From an uncultured archaeon (GTDB taxonomy: Archaea; Thermoplasmatota; Penumbrarchaeia; JASLWR01): a DNA stretch of 16,479 bases. The notes beneath the pieces were generated by a model. The model saw nothing but the letters and a program-made list of their open reading frames with translations. It had not been told where the DNA came from and searched no databases. Of this stretch, positions 1 through 8,005 are shown one piece after another (positions within the stretch are counted from its first letter, which is position 1; every line of letters starts with the position of its first letter). The translations under genes and the position numbers were made by a program. Location of the stretch: positions 1 through 16,479 of the forward strand of contig CAYFHS010000020.1 of the NCBI GenBank assembly GCA_964342815.1, written 5' to 3'.

Positions 1-2
1 AC

Positions 3-194
3 GACCAGACCTTCATCAGTTTCCGTGACGGCGACCACGACGGCAAGCTGTCCATCGGTGATCGGTTCGTGATAAAAAGCTTCGAGCATGTTGACGACGA
101 CGGCAGCACGGATTCTCCTGGATTTGCCGAGCCTGGTTTCTTCTTCGAGCTTAGGGCAGGTAAAAGACTTCTCTTCGAGGAGCAGATAAAGTAA
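3..194 (+). CDS. 3' end of a hypothetical protein (5'-truncated by the window edge) with a DxDxDG Ca-binding-like loop
   Basis: Frame from nt 3 is open to TAA at 192-194: DQTFISFRDGDHDGKLSIGDRFVIKS...LLFEEQIK*. It is followed directly by a hairpin and T-tract. DGDHDGKLSIGD resembles loops seen in archaeal surface/pilin-like proteins, but the product cannot be named from this fragment. Confidence 0.65.
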   Translation, partial: DQTFISFRDGDHDGKLSIGDRFVIKSFEHVDDDGSTDSPGFAEPGFFFELRAGKRLLFEEQIK

Positions 195-205
195 ATGGAA
201 TCCTT

Positions 206-254
206 AAGCCCATCCGCGATTTACGCGGGTGGGTTTTTTTATTTTTTATTTTTT
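206..254 (+). terminator. Intrinsic terminator-like hairpin plus T-tract
   Basis: Stem aagcccatccgcg (206-218) pairs with cgcgggtgggttt (224-236): 13 bp including two G-U pairs, loop attta. It is followed by ttttttt-a-tttttt-a-tttttt, 12 nt after the stop codon, and lies between convergent genes. Confidence 0.8.
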
Positions 255-327
255 AAAAAAACCATCTATTGTAAGTGAAAGATCAATTTTTCATCGTTTT
301 TCTGGAAAGTCATACTAGGCAATGATC

Positions 328-3300
328 TTAACTCATTAATTCTTTTCGCATCTCCAAATCATCTTCTTCGGAAATCTTGAAGCGCTTTTTAAAGCCTTGA
401 AGCATGACCTCCTCGTCAGTGGAGATTACCCCATCCGCCAGGGCTGCCTTAAGCATATCCTTGTAATGCTCGATATTCTCGAGCCGGTCCTTCATGGCTT
501 CCTTGAGTTTCTCAAACATTGAATCCGCACTGCTGAACCTTCTGACCTTATCCTTTTCCAGAGCCCGAAGGATTATCGAATCCATCTCGGCAGGAATTTC
601 TGGTCTAATTGCGCTAGGCGGTGCCGGGATATGGCTCACCAGGCGGCTCATAATGGTCACGGGGTCATCCCTCATGAAAGGATTTTCGCCAGTCAGCATC
701 TCGTAGAAGACGATCCCAAGCTGGAAAACATCTGTGGACCAGTCAATTTCACCGAAATTCTCGGGACTGATCTGCTCAGGCGAACTGTAGGCTAGAGTTC
801 CTTTTCCTCCCACAGTTTTCGAAACACTCTCCGAAGCCATGAACTTACCGATACCCCAGTCTGAGATCTTGGGCCTGCCGTCCTTGGTAAATAATATATT
901 TTCGGGTTTTATGTCGCGGTGCACCGATGCCATCCTGTGAGCATATGACATACCTGATAATATTTCCATTATGAGTGAGATCGCCTCATTTACCGGCATT
1001 TTACCCTTTTTCATTTTTTCGAGAAGGTTTCCCCCTTCCATATATTCAATAACCATGTAGGGAACGGGCCGTATGTCGCCCTTGTAGAAGGTCACCACGC
1101 CCCTGTGCTTCAGTTTCTTCCAGATATCCGACTCTTCCTTGAACTTTGTCAGGACGGAGGTATCTACAGTACTGTCCATGAACTTCGGAAGTTTGATTGC
1201 GTATTCCTTCCCTTCTGGTCCGATTGCCTTGTAAACGGTGGCAAATCCACCCGTGCCAAGTTTACTTACAAGTGTATAACCAGGGATGATGGTTTTAATC
1301 GTTGGAGAAATTACTTCGGATTCGTCGGGTGGAGCTTCTTCGGCTCCCCACACTTCCGGTTCTTCTTCAGGAGTACCCCAAACCTCAACATCCTCTTCCT
1401 CGTCAAATATTTCGGTTTCGGAACTTTCCAGCACTGGCCCGATGGATGGGCCGCCAGTTTCCTCATCCTCGTCGTCCTCTTCACCTTCGTCCTCATCCTC
1501 CTCCTCCTCGTCCCAATCATCCGTATCCCGGTGCTTGACAATTAGATATCTGACAATAAAAAGAAGGATAACCGCTACGACGATAACTATCCATATCCAC
1601 AGGTCCAATCCGAGAATGCCGCCTTTATCATCACTATCATCACCCGTACCGTCATTATCTTCATCATCTTCGATATCGTCATCGTCCGAAGGGACATCCT
1701 TGGGAGTGATGTTGATTGTGAGTGACAATGTCAGCGTTTCATTGGAATAACTGATGACGATGGGAAGTTGGTATTTCTTCACAGTCAGGGAAGAAGAATC
1801 CGTAATGGTACCGGTAACAATGATTGTGTCGCCGATGGGTATGAGAACGCTTCCCTTCATTTCGAGAACACCGGAGATGATTCCGGAAGGAGCAAACTCC
1901 ACCCTGGTCGGAATATTGCCGTTATTAGTCAATGTGATGTTAAATATTGCGCTTTGCCCCTGCTCGATATTTATTTCAGTGACAATCAACTCAGCTGTGA
2001 TATTGTAAATGGGAATGAAATCCTTTTGGACCGAAAATTTCCATGTCCCACTAATACATCGGCCCTGTATCGCACCGGCTACCGGTAGGATTTTCCAGTA
2101 ATAGGTTCTATTAAATGCGAGTTCAGTTACCTGATACCATTTTTTTACTGTAATATCTATCTCCTGAAGATTTTCTTTTTCCAGGCCGAAATAGATACTG
2201 TATATGATACCCTCGGTCTCGTTAAATACACTCCAGGTTAGGTTGGTGTATGTTGTATTAATAATGGATTGATCCGTTGGAGAGTGCAGATCAACCTCCG
2301 GAACGGAAACATCCAGGTCCACAGTGAAGTTCCATGTTCCGTTCTGGTACTGACCGGTAAGGATTCCGTCATTTGGGATTATGCACCAGTAGTATGTCTC
2401 TCCATCTACAAGGTCCGTTAGTGCAGTGGTGGTACCGGTAATGTTTTCTTTTTTCAGCGGCGGCGTGGAGTTGTTCCCGAAATACAGGTCGAACACGAGG
2501 TCTCCGGGTGCATTGTCTACGTCCACAGCCTTCCATTCAAGTGTCACCTCCGTTGATGGGACAACTCCTCCATTGATGGGTGAGACCAGTTGGGAAACCG
2601 GCGCGTCGTTCACACCGGTTACAGTGATATTGAACATGTTCGTTGGAGTTGATAGATCGTGCATGTTCGTGCAGTTCGCTATCACCTGTACAGTGCCGGT
2701 CCAGTTCTCTGCGAGATATGTAACATCAAGTTTGGAACCGTTAAGTTTGAGTGTAACATTTTCTTCGTCGGAGATGTATTGGATACCATAGGTGGACGGA
2801 GTCGTATCCGAGTAGATGTCGTTGAAATAAATTACCAGATCAGTTATATTCTCTTCAGGCGTATCCTCGGTGATGAGTATCTCGGAAGCTACGTTCTCAG
2901 AGAGTTCAGGGTGTACGATTTCGGGTTCAGGGATCTTTGTCCAGTTAACTGACCAATCGAAAAGAGTGGGTGTCTGTGTAGTGCTTGATTGCAGATAGGC
3001 TTTGAAATAGAGATTGGGATGACTTTTTGGACCAAGGATTGAAAGGTCGATTGTACCTTCACTTGTGTTGTTATATTCCTGGTAAAGAATATTACCTGTA
3101 CCAGCATCGAGGATAGAGATATTGAGGTATGTATTCTGAGAGACATCTCGATTAAAATGGAATTTATCCCAGGTTTGATCTTCAGGTAATGTTATGGTTT
3201 CGGAGTGGTGAATAGAATTGTTGTAATGATCCCTGCAATGGTCCTGAATTTCCGATAGAGTAAGAATGCGATCGTGTATGGCAACTTCGTCGATTGCGCC

Positions 3301-6300
3301 ATAAAAGGCAGCTCGGACAGCATCATTTTCGTGATAATCCCATGTGCCGCCGATTTCTAAAGGGGTTGATGAACCATCGAACGGTCCATTTGAATAACTT
3401 ACACTATCTCCCAATTGAATGCCATTTACATAAAAAGAGACTTTTTTATCATTTGTGTCCCTGACCACAGTAAAATGGTACCATTCACCGCTGTTAATAT
3501 TTGCTGCTTCCGTTGATTGCCTTGCTTCATTACTGCCACTTCCATATTCCCATAGGATGCTCAATTTTTTGGCAGGGGTGATGTAAAAGTAGTATAGAAT
3601 ATTTGTATGAGATGAACCATCAGTATTCCCTTTACCCTGTAGGATAAGAGAATTCTCTTCACTCAGTGCAACATATTTAGCCCAACATTCCAATGTTAAA
3701 TCGCCTGTGATCTGTAATGGTGGATGTGCGCCATAATTCACATAATCGTCAACACCATCGAACTCCAAGGCCCCTCCCCTCACTCCATTGGTCCAATTCT
3801 CCCCACCGTGAATTGTACCATCTATCCTGTTCCCGCTGGAATCAAGCGACATATTCCCCTCGCCTTCATCGAAATGCCACAATCCCACACAATCCACATT
3901 AGGTAAGACCTCGTTATCTCCAAGACGGGCGACTCCACCATAAAAAGAAATACCTGCCCTGTAGCTTCGGTGGATCTCCTCTAGAGAGCGGGCAATATTG
4001 GAGATGCGGACCTCATCAATTAAACCATTGAAAAATTTATTATTCCCCTGATATTTTCCAACAAAAAGAGAATTCGTGTTTGCTAATTCAGAATTAACAA
4101 TATCTTCACCATGTTCTTTAATTCCATTAACATAGATCTCAATTTTAGTGTTTGTTGCTATAGCAGTAATATGTGTCCATATCCCCAATGGTATTATTGA
4201 AGTGCTTCGAACTATCTCAGCTTCCCCTTCAACTCCCGTACCAACTTGAAATTTAATATATTTTCCATTATCAGTAAACAATAATCGATATCCATAAGCA
4301 AAGTGTAAATCTATATCTGCCTTATCCAAGATCCTTGATAATGCATTTCTTGAATTCATTTTGATCCAAGCTTCAATTGTAATTTCATTAATATTATCTA
4401 GATCATCTCTACTCCCACAATCGACATAATCATCCACCCCGTCGAACTGCAGCGCTTTCCCCTGCCCCCTCGGTCCCTCCGTCACATCGCATAACTGCGC
4501 CCGCCCGGAAGTATAACGCGATTGTATCTCCGAATACGTAAGGACCCGGGAATAAACGCCCACCTCGTCGATGGTTCCGTTGAAAGCCCGATCCAGGTTC
4601 TCACTGTTGCCAATTTGTAGATTTGAATCAATTTCTGAATCCAGTTTACCCGACGGTTGTCCACCAACAAAGGGACATTGAACACCATCAATATAGATAT
4701 TAAGGTCACTCCCGTTATAGGAGAATGCAACATGCTGCCAAGTGTTCAACTTGATGGTATCTTTTGCAGAGGCTAAAAACTCAAATTGATTTCCTATCTT
4801 CATACTGACGAATAGGGAATGATCCGGGCCACCGGGGCTGGCCGTATCATGGAGATACATGCCTAAAGATCCCTTATTTGTGATTCGTCCAAATCCATAG
4901 TTCCCATATGGACCCCAACTCCTTGGAAATATCCACGCTTCCATGCTGATCTCATCGGTAATATCGAGGCTTGGGTTGTTACCGCAGTCAATGTAATCAT
5001 CCTTACCGTCGAATATCAGAGCATCACCGTTTATTCCCCCTGAGGTCCACATAGGATCATTATCATCCACTCCGTTACTGCTCCCGAGCTGACCGTTATT
5101 ATCGTAATCGCTCTCGTCAGCAACATCCTGCCCCTCGCCTTCATCGAAATGCATCAGCAGCCTCGTATTACCATAATGAGTTCCGTCATTGTCTCCCACC
5201 ATATCTTTTGCCGACCCGTCATCGAAGTTCCAGTATGCCACAGTATTTTCATCGACAATAGAATGACTCGAGCTTTTTCCATCACCTGTGAAGCTGTCAC
5301 GCCACGTATTTTCCTTCACCCATTCAACACCCCAGGAATTCAGAGCGGGTGTGGCCATCTCATTGCCTGAAAAAAAGGCCTTGAGACGGATGGAATCAAC
5401 ATCAATATCGTTGAGATGTGCAAGGTCGATGTTGGATGGAGTGAGATTGAAATATCCAGGTATTACTCCATCGTCAGAGGTATCGATAACGGTTACTCTT
5501 ATGTCGGTATCGAATGGCTCATCTTTATTCAGAGCCAGCATATCCCATTTCATATTATAGGGAAGTGATATGGCTTTGGACGTTACGGATCCATATGTAG
5601 AGGATTCCGTCACATTCTCATGTAACCTTATTTCCGAAAGTTCAAGGGCCCTGTTGTAGAGGCGGACCTCATCGATGACGCCTTTGGAGTAAATGTTTCT
5701 ATAGGTTCTTCCACCGATTTGGATGGGTATGACGTCCTTAACTAAAGCAACTGATGAAGCTGTTTCGTTAACCAGTACTCCGTTGAGATATATCTTGAAT
5801 TTCGATCCGTCGTAAGTGGCTGCAATATGATACCATGTGTTCAAGGATAATTCCGTTTCTCCCCATAGATTATTCCCCCCCCCCCCAGCATTCCATGCGA
5901 ACCTGATCACCCTAGGATTTTCGTCGCTATTATTCGTTACAAGCAATTGCCATGGATATTTTGTGTTCCATCTATTGATAATATGGAATTCGTTCTCGAA
6001 ATCAGCAATCTGGATCCAGGCTTCGACACAAATTTCTGTTACATTGAACTCATCTGCCGATTCAACTTCAACAATGTCATCCACACCGTCGAACTCAAGT
6101 GCCCCTCCGCTTTTACCATCGGTCCAGTTCTCGCTCCCGTTTATTACCCCATGATTTGCATAGATGGAGTCATCCCTGGCAATAATTCCGTTACTTTCAT
6201 CGAATTTCCAATATCCGATTGGGCCGGAGTAGCTCAATTCTGCTGGGCCGCCCGTGATATCGATATTGTCCTTCTCTTGAATGCCATTCTCATCATCCAG

Positions 6301-6504
6301 ATCGTCGAACCAGCTACCGCCGAAATCGTCGTTCTCGGTATCGGCAGCCCGGATTTCCTTGCTCGTTCCAGGATTGTCTACCCCACGGCGTGAAATGCTT
6401 TCGATGTTTTCTGTTCTCGCGTTGTACTCATATACCCAGTATATTCCTGAAAACACCTGGAACAAGAACAGAAGGACTAAGGTAAATGCTACGAACCGTT
6501 TCAT
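328..6504 (-). CDS. Giant type-I membrane Ser/Thr protein kinase with extracellular LamG (concanavalin A-like) and Ig/FN3-like domains (~2058 aa)
   Basis: ATG at 6504 (MKRFVAFTLVLLFLFQVFSG, signal peptide-like) is preceded by AGGTTGGT; the track's TTG at 6516 is an alternative start. Four LamG-type units carry the motifs W/HxFDEG, ALxFDGxDD, EAWI, WxHxA and IDEV. These are followed by a cadherin-like unit (ITED...VNDAP), two FN3-like units (LxSP...LxW...TYYW), a CARDB-like unit (FNITLTNNGN), an Asp-rich linker and a TM helix at ~1537-1602 (LWIWIVIVVAVILLFIV). After an acidic linker comes the kinase at ~520-1278 with GTGGFATV, YAIK, FKEE, HRDIKPEN, DWG, YSSPEQ and DVFQLG, then a short helical tail. 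Confidence 0.93.
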   Translation of the reverse strand: MKRFVAFTLVLLFLFQVFSGIYWVYEYNARTENIESISRRGVDNPGTSKEIRAADTENDDFGGSWFDDLDDENGIQEKDNIDITGGPAELSYSGPIGYWKFDESNGIIARDDSIYANHGVINGSENWTDGKSGGALEFDGVDDIVEVESADEFNVTEICVEAWIQIADFENEFHIINRWNTKYPWQLLVTNNSDENPRVIRFAWNAGGGGNNLWGETELSLNTWYHIAATYDGSKFKIYLNGVLVNETASSVALVKDVIPIQIGGRTYRNIYSKGVIDEVRLYNRALELSEIRLHENVTESSTYGSVTSKAISLPYNMKWDMLALNKDEPFDTDIRVTVIDTSDDGVIPGYFNLTPSNIDLAHLNDIDVDSIRLKAFFSGNEMATPALNSWGVEWVKENTWRDSFTGDGKSSSHSIVDENTVAYWNFDDGSAKDMVGDNDGTHYGNTRLLMHFDEGEGQDVADESDYDNNGQLGSSNGVDDNDPMWTSGGINGDALIFDGKDDYIDCGNNPSLDITDEISMEAWIFPRSWGPYGNYGFGRITNKGSLGMYLHDTASPGGPDHSLFVSMKIGNQFEFLASAKDTIKLNTWQHVAFSYNGSDLNIYIDGVQCPFVGGQPSGKLDSEIDSNLQIGNSENLDRAFNGTIDEVGVYSRVLTYSEIQSRYTSGRAQLCDVTEGPRGQGKALQFDGVDDYVDCGSRDDLDNINEITIEAWIKMNSRNALSRILDKADIDLHFAYGYRLLFTDNGKYIKFQVGTGVEGEAEIVRSTSIIPLGIWTHITAIATNTKIEIYVNGIKEHGEDIVNSELANTNSLFVGKYQGNNKFFNGLIDEVRISNIARSLEEIHRSYRAGISFYGGVARLGDNEVLPNVDCVGLWHFDEGEGNMSLDSSGNRIDGTIHGGENWTNGVRGGALEFDGVDDYVNYGAHPPLQITGDLTLECWAKYVALSEENSLILQGKGNTDGSSHTNILYYFYITPAKKLSILWEYGSGSNEARQSTEAANINSGEWYHFTVVRDTNDKKVSFYVNGIQLGDSVSYSNGPFDGSSTPLEIGGTWDYHENDAVRAAFYGAIDEVAIHDRILTLSEIQDHCRDHYNNSIHHSETITLPEDQTWDKFHFNRDVSQNTYLNISILDAGTGNILYQEYNNTSEGTIDLSILGPKSHPNLYFKAYLQSSTTQTPTLFDWSVNWTKIPEPEIVHPELSENVASEILITEDTPEENITDLVIYFNDIYSDTTPSTYGIQYISDEENVTLKLNGSKLDVTYLAENWTGTVQVIANCTNMHDLSTPTNMFNITVTGVNDAPVSQLVSPINGGVVPSTEVTLEWKAVDVDNAPGDLVFDLYFGNNSTPPLKKENITGTTTALTDLVDGETYYWCIIPNDGILTGQYQNGTWNFTVDLDVSVPEVDLHSPTDQSIINTTYTNLTWSVFNETEGIIYSIYFGLEKENLQEIDITVKKWYQVTELAFNRTYYWKILPVAGAIQGRCISGTWKFSVQKDFIPIYNITAELIVTEINIEQGQSAIFNITLTNNGNIPTRVEFAPSGIISGVLEMKGSVLIPIGDTIIVTGTITDSSSLTVKKYQLPIVISYSNETLTLSLTINITPKDVPSDDDDIEDDEDNDGTGDDSDDKGGILGLDLWIWIVIVVAVILLFIVRYLIVKHRDTDDWDEEEEDEDEGEEDDEDEETGGPSIGPVLESSETEIFDEEEDVEVWGTPEEEPEVWGAEEAPPDESEVISPTIKTIIPGYTLVSKLGTGGFATVYKAIGPEGKEYAIKLPKFMDSTVDTSVLTKFKEESDIWKKLKHRGVVTFYKGDIRPVPYMVIEYMEGGNLLEKMKKGKMPVNEAISLIMEILSGMSYAHRMASVHRDIKPENILFTKDGRPKISDWGIGKFMASESVSKTVGGKGTLAYSSPEQISPENFGEIDWSTDVFQLGIVFYEMLTGENPFMRDDPVTIMSRLVSHIPAPPSAIRPEIPAEMDSIILRALEKDKVRRFSSADSMFEKLKEAMKDRLENIEHYKDMLKAALADGVISTDEEVMLQGFKKRFKISEEDDLEMRKELMS
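5875..5886 (-). repeat. G12 homopolymer (C12 on + strand) inside the kinase gene, encoding GGGG
   Basis: tattCCCCCCCCCCCCagca: 12 C counted directly. These are four consecutive GGG codons in the first LamG domain. Confidence 0.95.
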
Positions 6505-6526
6505 GTTACATACCAACCTGTAAGAT

Positions 6527-6577
6527 AATAATTGAATAAAACTGAAAAATCTTTAATAAGCTTTTTATTCAATTATT
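6527..6577. promoter_or_regulatory. Perfect 15-bp inverted repeat bracketing a TATA-like element upstream of the kinase gene
   Basis: aataattgaataaaa (6527-6541) and ttttattcaattatt (6563-6577) are exact reverse complements. The 21-nt spacer reads agcttattaaagatttttcag on the minus strand. Confidence 0.55.
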
Positions 6578-6641
6578 CAATTGATAATAAACAAAGATTA
6601 GTACGTATTTTTGTCAACTTAAATACCAGTTATCCACATTA

Positions 6642-6881
6642 TTAACCACCACCTACTGGAAGTGTTAAGGTCACATCATCATGGTTTTTTAAAAAAGTCC
6701 GGAGGCTCCCCTTTTTTCCATTGATTATAGGGATTATGTAACGGATGTGATCTTCATTGTAGTCCAATTTATTAAGAAGTGTAAGAAGAGAGCTGTTCTC
6801 TGGTAACTCTATTGTGAAATCATTATCATTATTCGGTCTTTTTAAAACTCCCGTAATTGAAACCTTTACAATGATGCTCAT
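6642..6881 (-). CDS. MoaD/ThiS-family ubiquitin-like (SAMP-like) sulfur carrier protein
   Basis: 79 aa with a beta-grasp-like pattern (IVKVSITG...IPIINGKK...LKNHDDVTLTLPVGGG) and a C-terminal diglycine. An AGGT RBS-like motif lies upstream. Confidence 0.85.
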   Translation of the reverse strand: MSIIVKVSITGVLKRPNNDNDFTIELPENSSLLTLLNKLDYNEDHIRYIIPIINGKKGSLRTFLKNHDDVTLTLPVGGG

Positions 6882-6908
6882 ACGATAACCTCACGAATTT
6901 ATTATTAC

Positions 6909-7154
6909 TCAACCTCCGGCGATAGGAGGAAGGAGTGCCAATTCATCACCGTTCTGAATTACTTCTTCGCCATGGGCATATACGTGGTTCAGGGAAATTA
7001 TGGTATATTTAATTGGTTTTTCCAGTTCCGGGTAATCCGCCAATAATCTTTCAATTATCTCGTCAATTTTGATACCTTTAGTGAATTCCATGTCCAACTC
7101 ATCCTGCCCAACGATCCTTCGCATGGAACCAAATAATTTCACCTTGATTTTCAT
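6909..7154 (-). CDS. moaD: MoaD/SAMP1-like ubiquitin-like sulfur carrier protein
   Basis: 81 aa: MKIKVKLFG...ISLNHVY...NGDELALLPPIAGG, the classic MoaD C-terminus (DExAxxPPxxGG). Confidence 0.9.
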   Translation of the reverse strand: MKIKVKLFGSMRRIVGQDELDMEFTKGIKIDEIIERLLADYPELEKPIKYTIISLNHVYAHGEEVIQNGDELALLPPIAGG

Positions 7155-7186
7155 TATAAGACCCTGTGTATAGTAGGTGTTGATAA

Positions 7187-7194
7187 TTAATAAA
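7187..7194 (-). promoter_or_regulatory. Putative archaeal TATA box for the moaD/thiS pair
   Basis: Minus strand reads aagaTTTATTAAtt, 33 nt upstream of the moaD ATG. No clear RBS is present, consistent with a short leader. Confidence 0.4.
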
Positions 7195-7207
7195 TCTTCT
7201 AATCAAA

Positions 7208-8005
7208 TTATAAAATTTCATCCATACTCCCGCTCCTATATCCCCTAATGTCCAGTGTTACGTACTGGAATCCGATCTCTACCAATTTATCGCATACCCT
7301 TTCTCGGAATTTTTTTTCCATAAACTTTTTCATATCATCCTCATCCACTTCGATCCTTGCGATTGAGCCGTGACTCCTTACCCTTACCTGTTTTATACCA
7401 AGTGATTTTAAAAAATCTTCACCAAGCTCAATACGCTTCAATTTTTTCTCCGTGATCTTTTCGCCGTAAGGAATTCTCGATGACAAACAGGCTGAACTTG
7501 GTTTAGCCCATACTGACAATCCGATTTCCTTGGCAATTTCCCTGATATCATCTTTCGATAAATTCGCTTCCACAAGCGGATGCCAGATCCCAGCTTCATT
7601 TGTGGCCTTGATCCCCGGTCTGTGCTCAACGAAATCCGAGGTATTCAAACCGTCCGCGATACAAGAGATATTATCCTGGTCCGCAACTTGTTTTAGGAGT
7701 TCCACCTCTTCACGTTTACAATGATAACACCGGTCATTTGGATTATCCGTAAATAAATTATTGTCGAGAGCGGATGTCTTGACTATCAAGTGTTTTATTC
7801 CGATCTCTGCTGCAATTTTTCTGGAATCAGTCAACTCGGCTCCTGCGAGAGTTTCGGAATCCAGAGTCGCTGCTACCGCTTTATCTCCCAACTCCTCATA
7901 TGCGATCCTAGCCACCAGAGCACTGTCCAGACCTCCGGAAAAAGATACGAGCACACTTTCCCGGGATGCCATTAATTCATGGAGCTGATCCAATTTATTA
8001 ACCAT
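7208..8005 (-). CDS. larE: ATP-dependent sulfur transferase LarE (PP-loop), CxxC-C cluster-binding type
   Basis: 265 aa with PP-loop SFSGGLDS, N...DRCYHCK, DGLNxSD...RPG, W.KPSSACLSSRIPYG, RVRSHG..ARIEV and GYRSGSMDE. GGTGA RBS upstream. Confidence 0.93.
   Translation of the reverse strand: MVNKLDQLHELMASRESVLVSFSGGLDSALVARIAYEELGDKAVAATLDSETLAGAELTDSRKIAAEIGIKHLIVKTSALDNNLFTDNPNDRCYHCKREEVELLKQVADQDNISCIADGLNTSDFVEHRPGIKATNEAGIWHPLVEANLSKDDIREIAKEIGLSVWAKPSSACLSSRIPYGEKITEKKLKRIELGEDFLKSLGIKQVRVRSHGSIARIEVDEDDMKKFMEKKFRERVCDKLVEIGFQYVTLDIRGYRSGSMDEIL

Noticed and set aside
870-900. DWG instead of DFG as a sign of a pseudokinase
   Set aside because: The metal-binding Asp is retained with Lys, Glu and HRD-x-K-x-x-N. 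DWG variants occur in active kinases, so it is not evidence of inactivity.
494-6523. Numerous short ORFs overlapping the kinase gene (e.g. 1105..1545, 1286..1750, 1311..1541, 5947..6393)
   Set aside because: They are antisense or alternate-frame shadows of a long, motif-rich CDS. Ser-rich and Arg-rich translations are by-products of the acidic low-complexity codons.
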